NCBI GenBank assembly: GCA_977030845.1
Contig: OZ365110.1
Span: forward strand, 6,572,001-6,636,000
Reading direction: 5' to 3'
Length of the DNA: 64,000 bases
Origin: Fimbriosthenelais zetlandica
Lineage: Eukaryota
Every line of letters starts with the position of its first letter. Position 1 is the first letter of the stretch. A model generated the notes under the pieces. It was not told the origin of the DNA, ran no database searches, and saw only the letters and a list, made by a program, of their open reading frames with translations. Shown in pieces: positions 61,858 through 64,000 of this stretch. A program made the position numbers and the translations under genes.

Positions 61858-63911
61858 GGGGGGATGCGGTTAGAGTCATTATAGGTATGGATTCTTGAAT
61901 ATTTATTGACAACCTTTCTATGTATGAATCCATCACTTAAATTTAAAAAAAATCAATAGTGGTGTTCCTGTTCTTGAAGAGATTCATTATACAATAGAGA
62001 TCTTTCATCTACACCAGAGACAAACTAGTGAAAGGCCTCTCTCTGCTCGGACGATTAATTAACAAATCAGAGTTTACAAAAACAGTGAACATACAAACAA
62101 ACAGGGGAGCAGGTTTCATTGTTTACGACAACAATTAATGAAAGTAGCGGAGATGACGTGTTGGCGCAGGGGCGCCGTCGTGTGGTGAGAGCGGTAACCA
62201 TGTCTGGATACAGCCTCCCCGCTAAAGGGCCCGTGTGTGGTGTGGTCGAAAACAAAAGGTAGCTTAGAAGCAGGTGAGCACGGTAATTGTTTCTTGGTTA
62301 AATAATGAACTGAAGCTATATTAGAGATTTGGCCAGAAGTTACTGGACGACTAATTATGTACAGGAACTCTATTTCCTCGGTGTCAACTTGAAATGTTGA
62401 GGTAATGTGTAAATTGCGGTATACATGTGTACATTAAGAAAGATTATATACATTTAGGCCTAATGGTCATTTAAGTCGTATATTTTGTTCTATATACCTG
62501 AGCGTTTGCGGGGATAAAATAACTAGCATTTTCCAGTTTGCTGCGCCCAAAATATCAATATAGGCTACATGAAGTAAAGATCTTTCGAAAGGGAGCAAGA
62601 ACACACACTTATAACATAATTAAGAAATAATGGAAATATACTTTTCAAAGAACTTAAATTATTCCGATCTTTTCTTGGGCTCTATATTATTTTTTGGTAG
62701 ACTTATGTAAATGTATTTCAGACCAAAAATCGTCTTTAAAAAACTTTATCTGCCGCTTCCGCTTCCGCTGAGCGGGAGCCTCAGGGTCCAACGAACTCCC
62801 CACCATTGATGATTGTTCTCACACATTGATCTTTATGGTTTATCAAGCTTTGAAGTTGACCAACACTTCTGGGAGAGGTTTACAGTGCTGATGGGATTAA
62901 GTTTTCACTGGTAATCACAGTGAATAATCACCACAAGTGGTCTCCACTTTCAAGTTAGCCACTCTTCACTGGCAAGCTAAGCTCTTGTTGTTACAATATT
63001 GTTACAAACTATTGTACTCCAAGTGGAGGCTGATGCTAGACGCGGGGCCCTGCATGTTTGCACCTAGTCTATTGAAATCCTTACTATATACTTCTGTTCA
63101 TGAGGATTATGCACTGGGGTGAAGTTATACTATAGGGGGAACTTTTAAATCATTTTAGGACATATTTCCTGCGATTTGGCATATGGTTTGCCAGAATTTT
63201 CCCCACATTTTAAAGGATAAATAAAAAGAGTTAAAAAAAATACATTGTTTAAACTAATAATTATGTTAACATGTTAAATTTGTTTAATATAACGCATTGA
63301 ACAATATAAATGTGTCTCACAAAAATGTATCTGCAAACATAATTAATTTGGTAATCCCAGCAGTCATTTTCACGCACGCACGCGTGAATTCCTTAATTTC
63401 TATTGAATATCCTGGACCCATGTCTGATAGTAATGTCTATAGACCATGTACATTACATGTATACCAGTATACACCAAGTGTGAACAATACATCACTCATT
63501 GATTCATTCATCTCAGTTAAGCCCCCATGATAGACATGTTAACTGCCCTTGCTAACAAGATCAAAGGCATAACGGCTGTTTTACATCTCCCCCTTCTATG
63601 GCCAGACCCTCAGACCATTGTCTCGATCCTTTCTCTACTTGTATACGGTCAAAGTGAAGGCATTCTGGCCATGTGTGTCCGCCCCAGACGATCGATTCAC
63701 GCCTTTTTTCTAAAGGTAAACCTCAAAGCTCAGCCGCGAGATCGACCTATTGGCACCTCGTTAAATGGCGCCACCTTGATTGAAGAATATGTCTCGAGTG
63801 TCGTCTGAAACTTTCGGGAGAAATTTTCCATGATTTCGTTTAATTTTTGGGTACAATATCATTTTGGGGGCGTTCTAAAGAGTAGGCCTAGATAGAGACT
63901 AAATGAACGTT

Positions 63912-64000
63912 CTACCATAGACCTCTCCTTTAGGTCTATGATCGCGCCGAGAGCAGCAGCTGGGAACGGGGCGAATCACCGGTACCTCTCCTTTAGGTCT
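63912..64000. repeat. Hairpin-containing repeat truncated by window end
   Basis: ATAGACCT-CTCCTTT-AGGTCTAT stem-loop; ACCTCTCCTTTAGGTCT recurs at 63984-64000. Confidence 0.6.

Overview
AT-rich metazoan (invertebrate bilaterian-like) genomic DNA; no prokaryotic, CRISPR or viral system is present. Six spliced protein-coding genes were reconstructed by hand from GT-AG boundaries, phase continuity and recognised protein motifs: the 5' 20 exons of VPS13A/C (-, runs off the left edge), FBXO28 (+), GABP-beta (-), TLNRD1/MESDC1 (+), a FAM167-family gene (+) and an ERG/FLI/FEV-class ETS factor (-). They form two head-to-head pairs and two tail-to-tail pairs. Three identical tRNA-Met(CAT) genes lie antisense in VPS13 intron 4. 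Non-coding DNA holds several MITE families, tRNA-like elements, minisatellites and polypurine tracts. I did not find a clearly new biological system. The best leads are: strongly over-represented TA-NN-N'N'-TA palindromes that fit transposon excision scars; GABP sites at the GABP-beta bidirectional promoter; M-boxes around VPS13 exon 1; a divergent CTCF-like motif pair; a TLNRD1 stop codon supplied by a satellite; and candidate microexons and small ORFs. All homology calls are from memory, not database searches; motif counts are manual and approximate.
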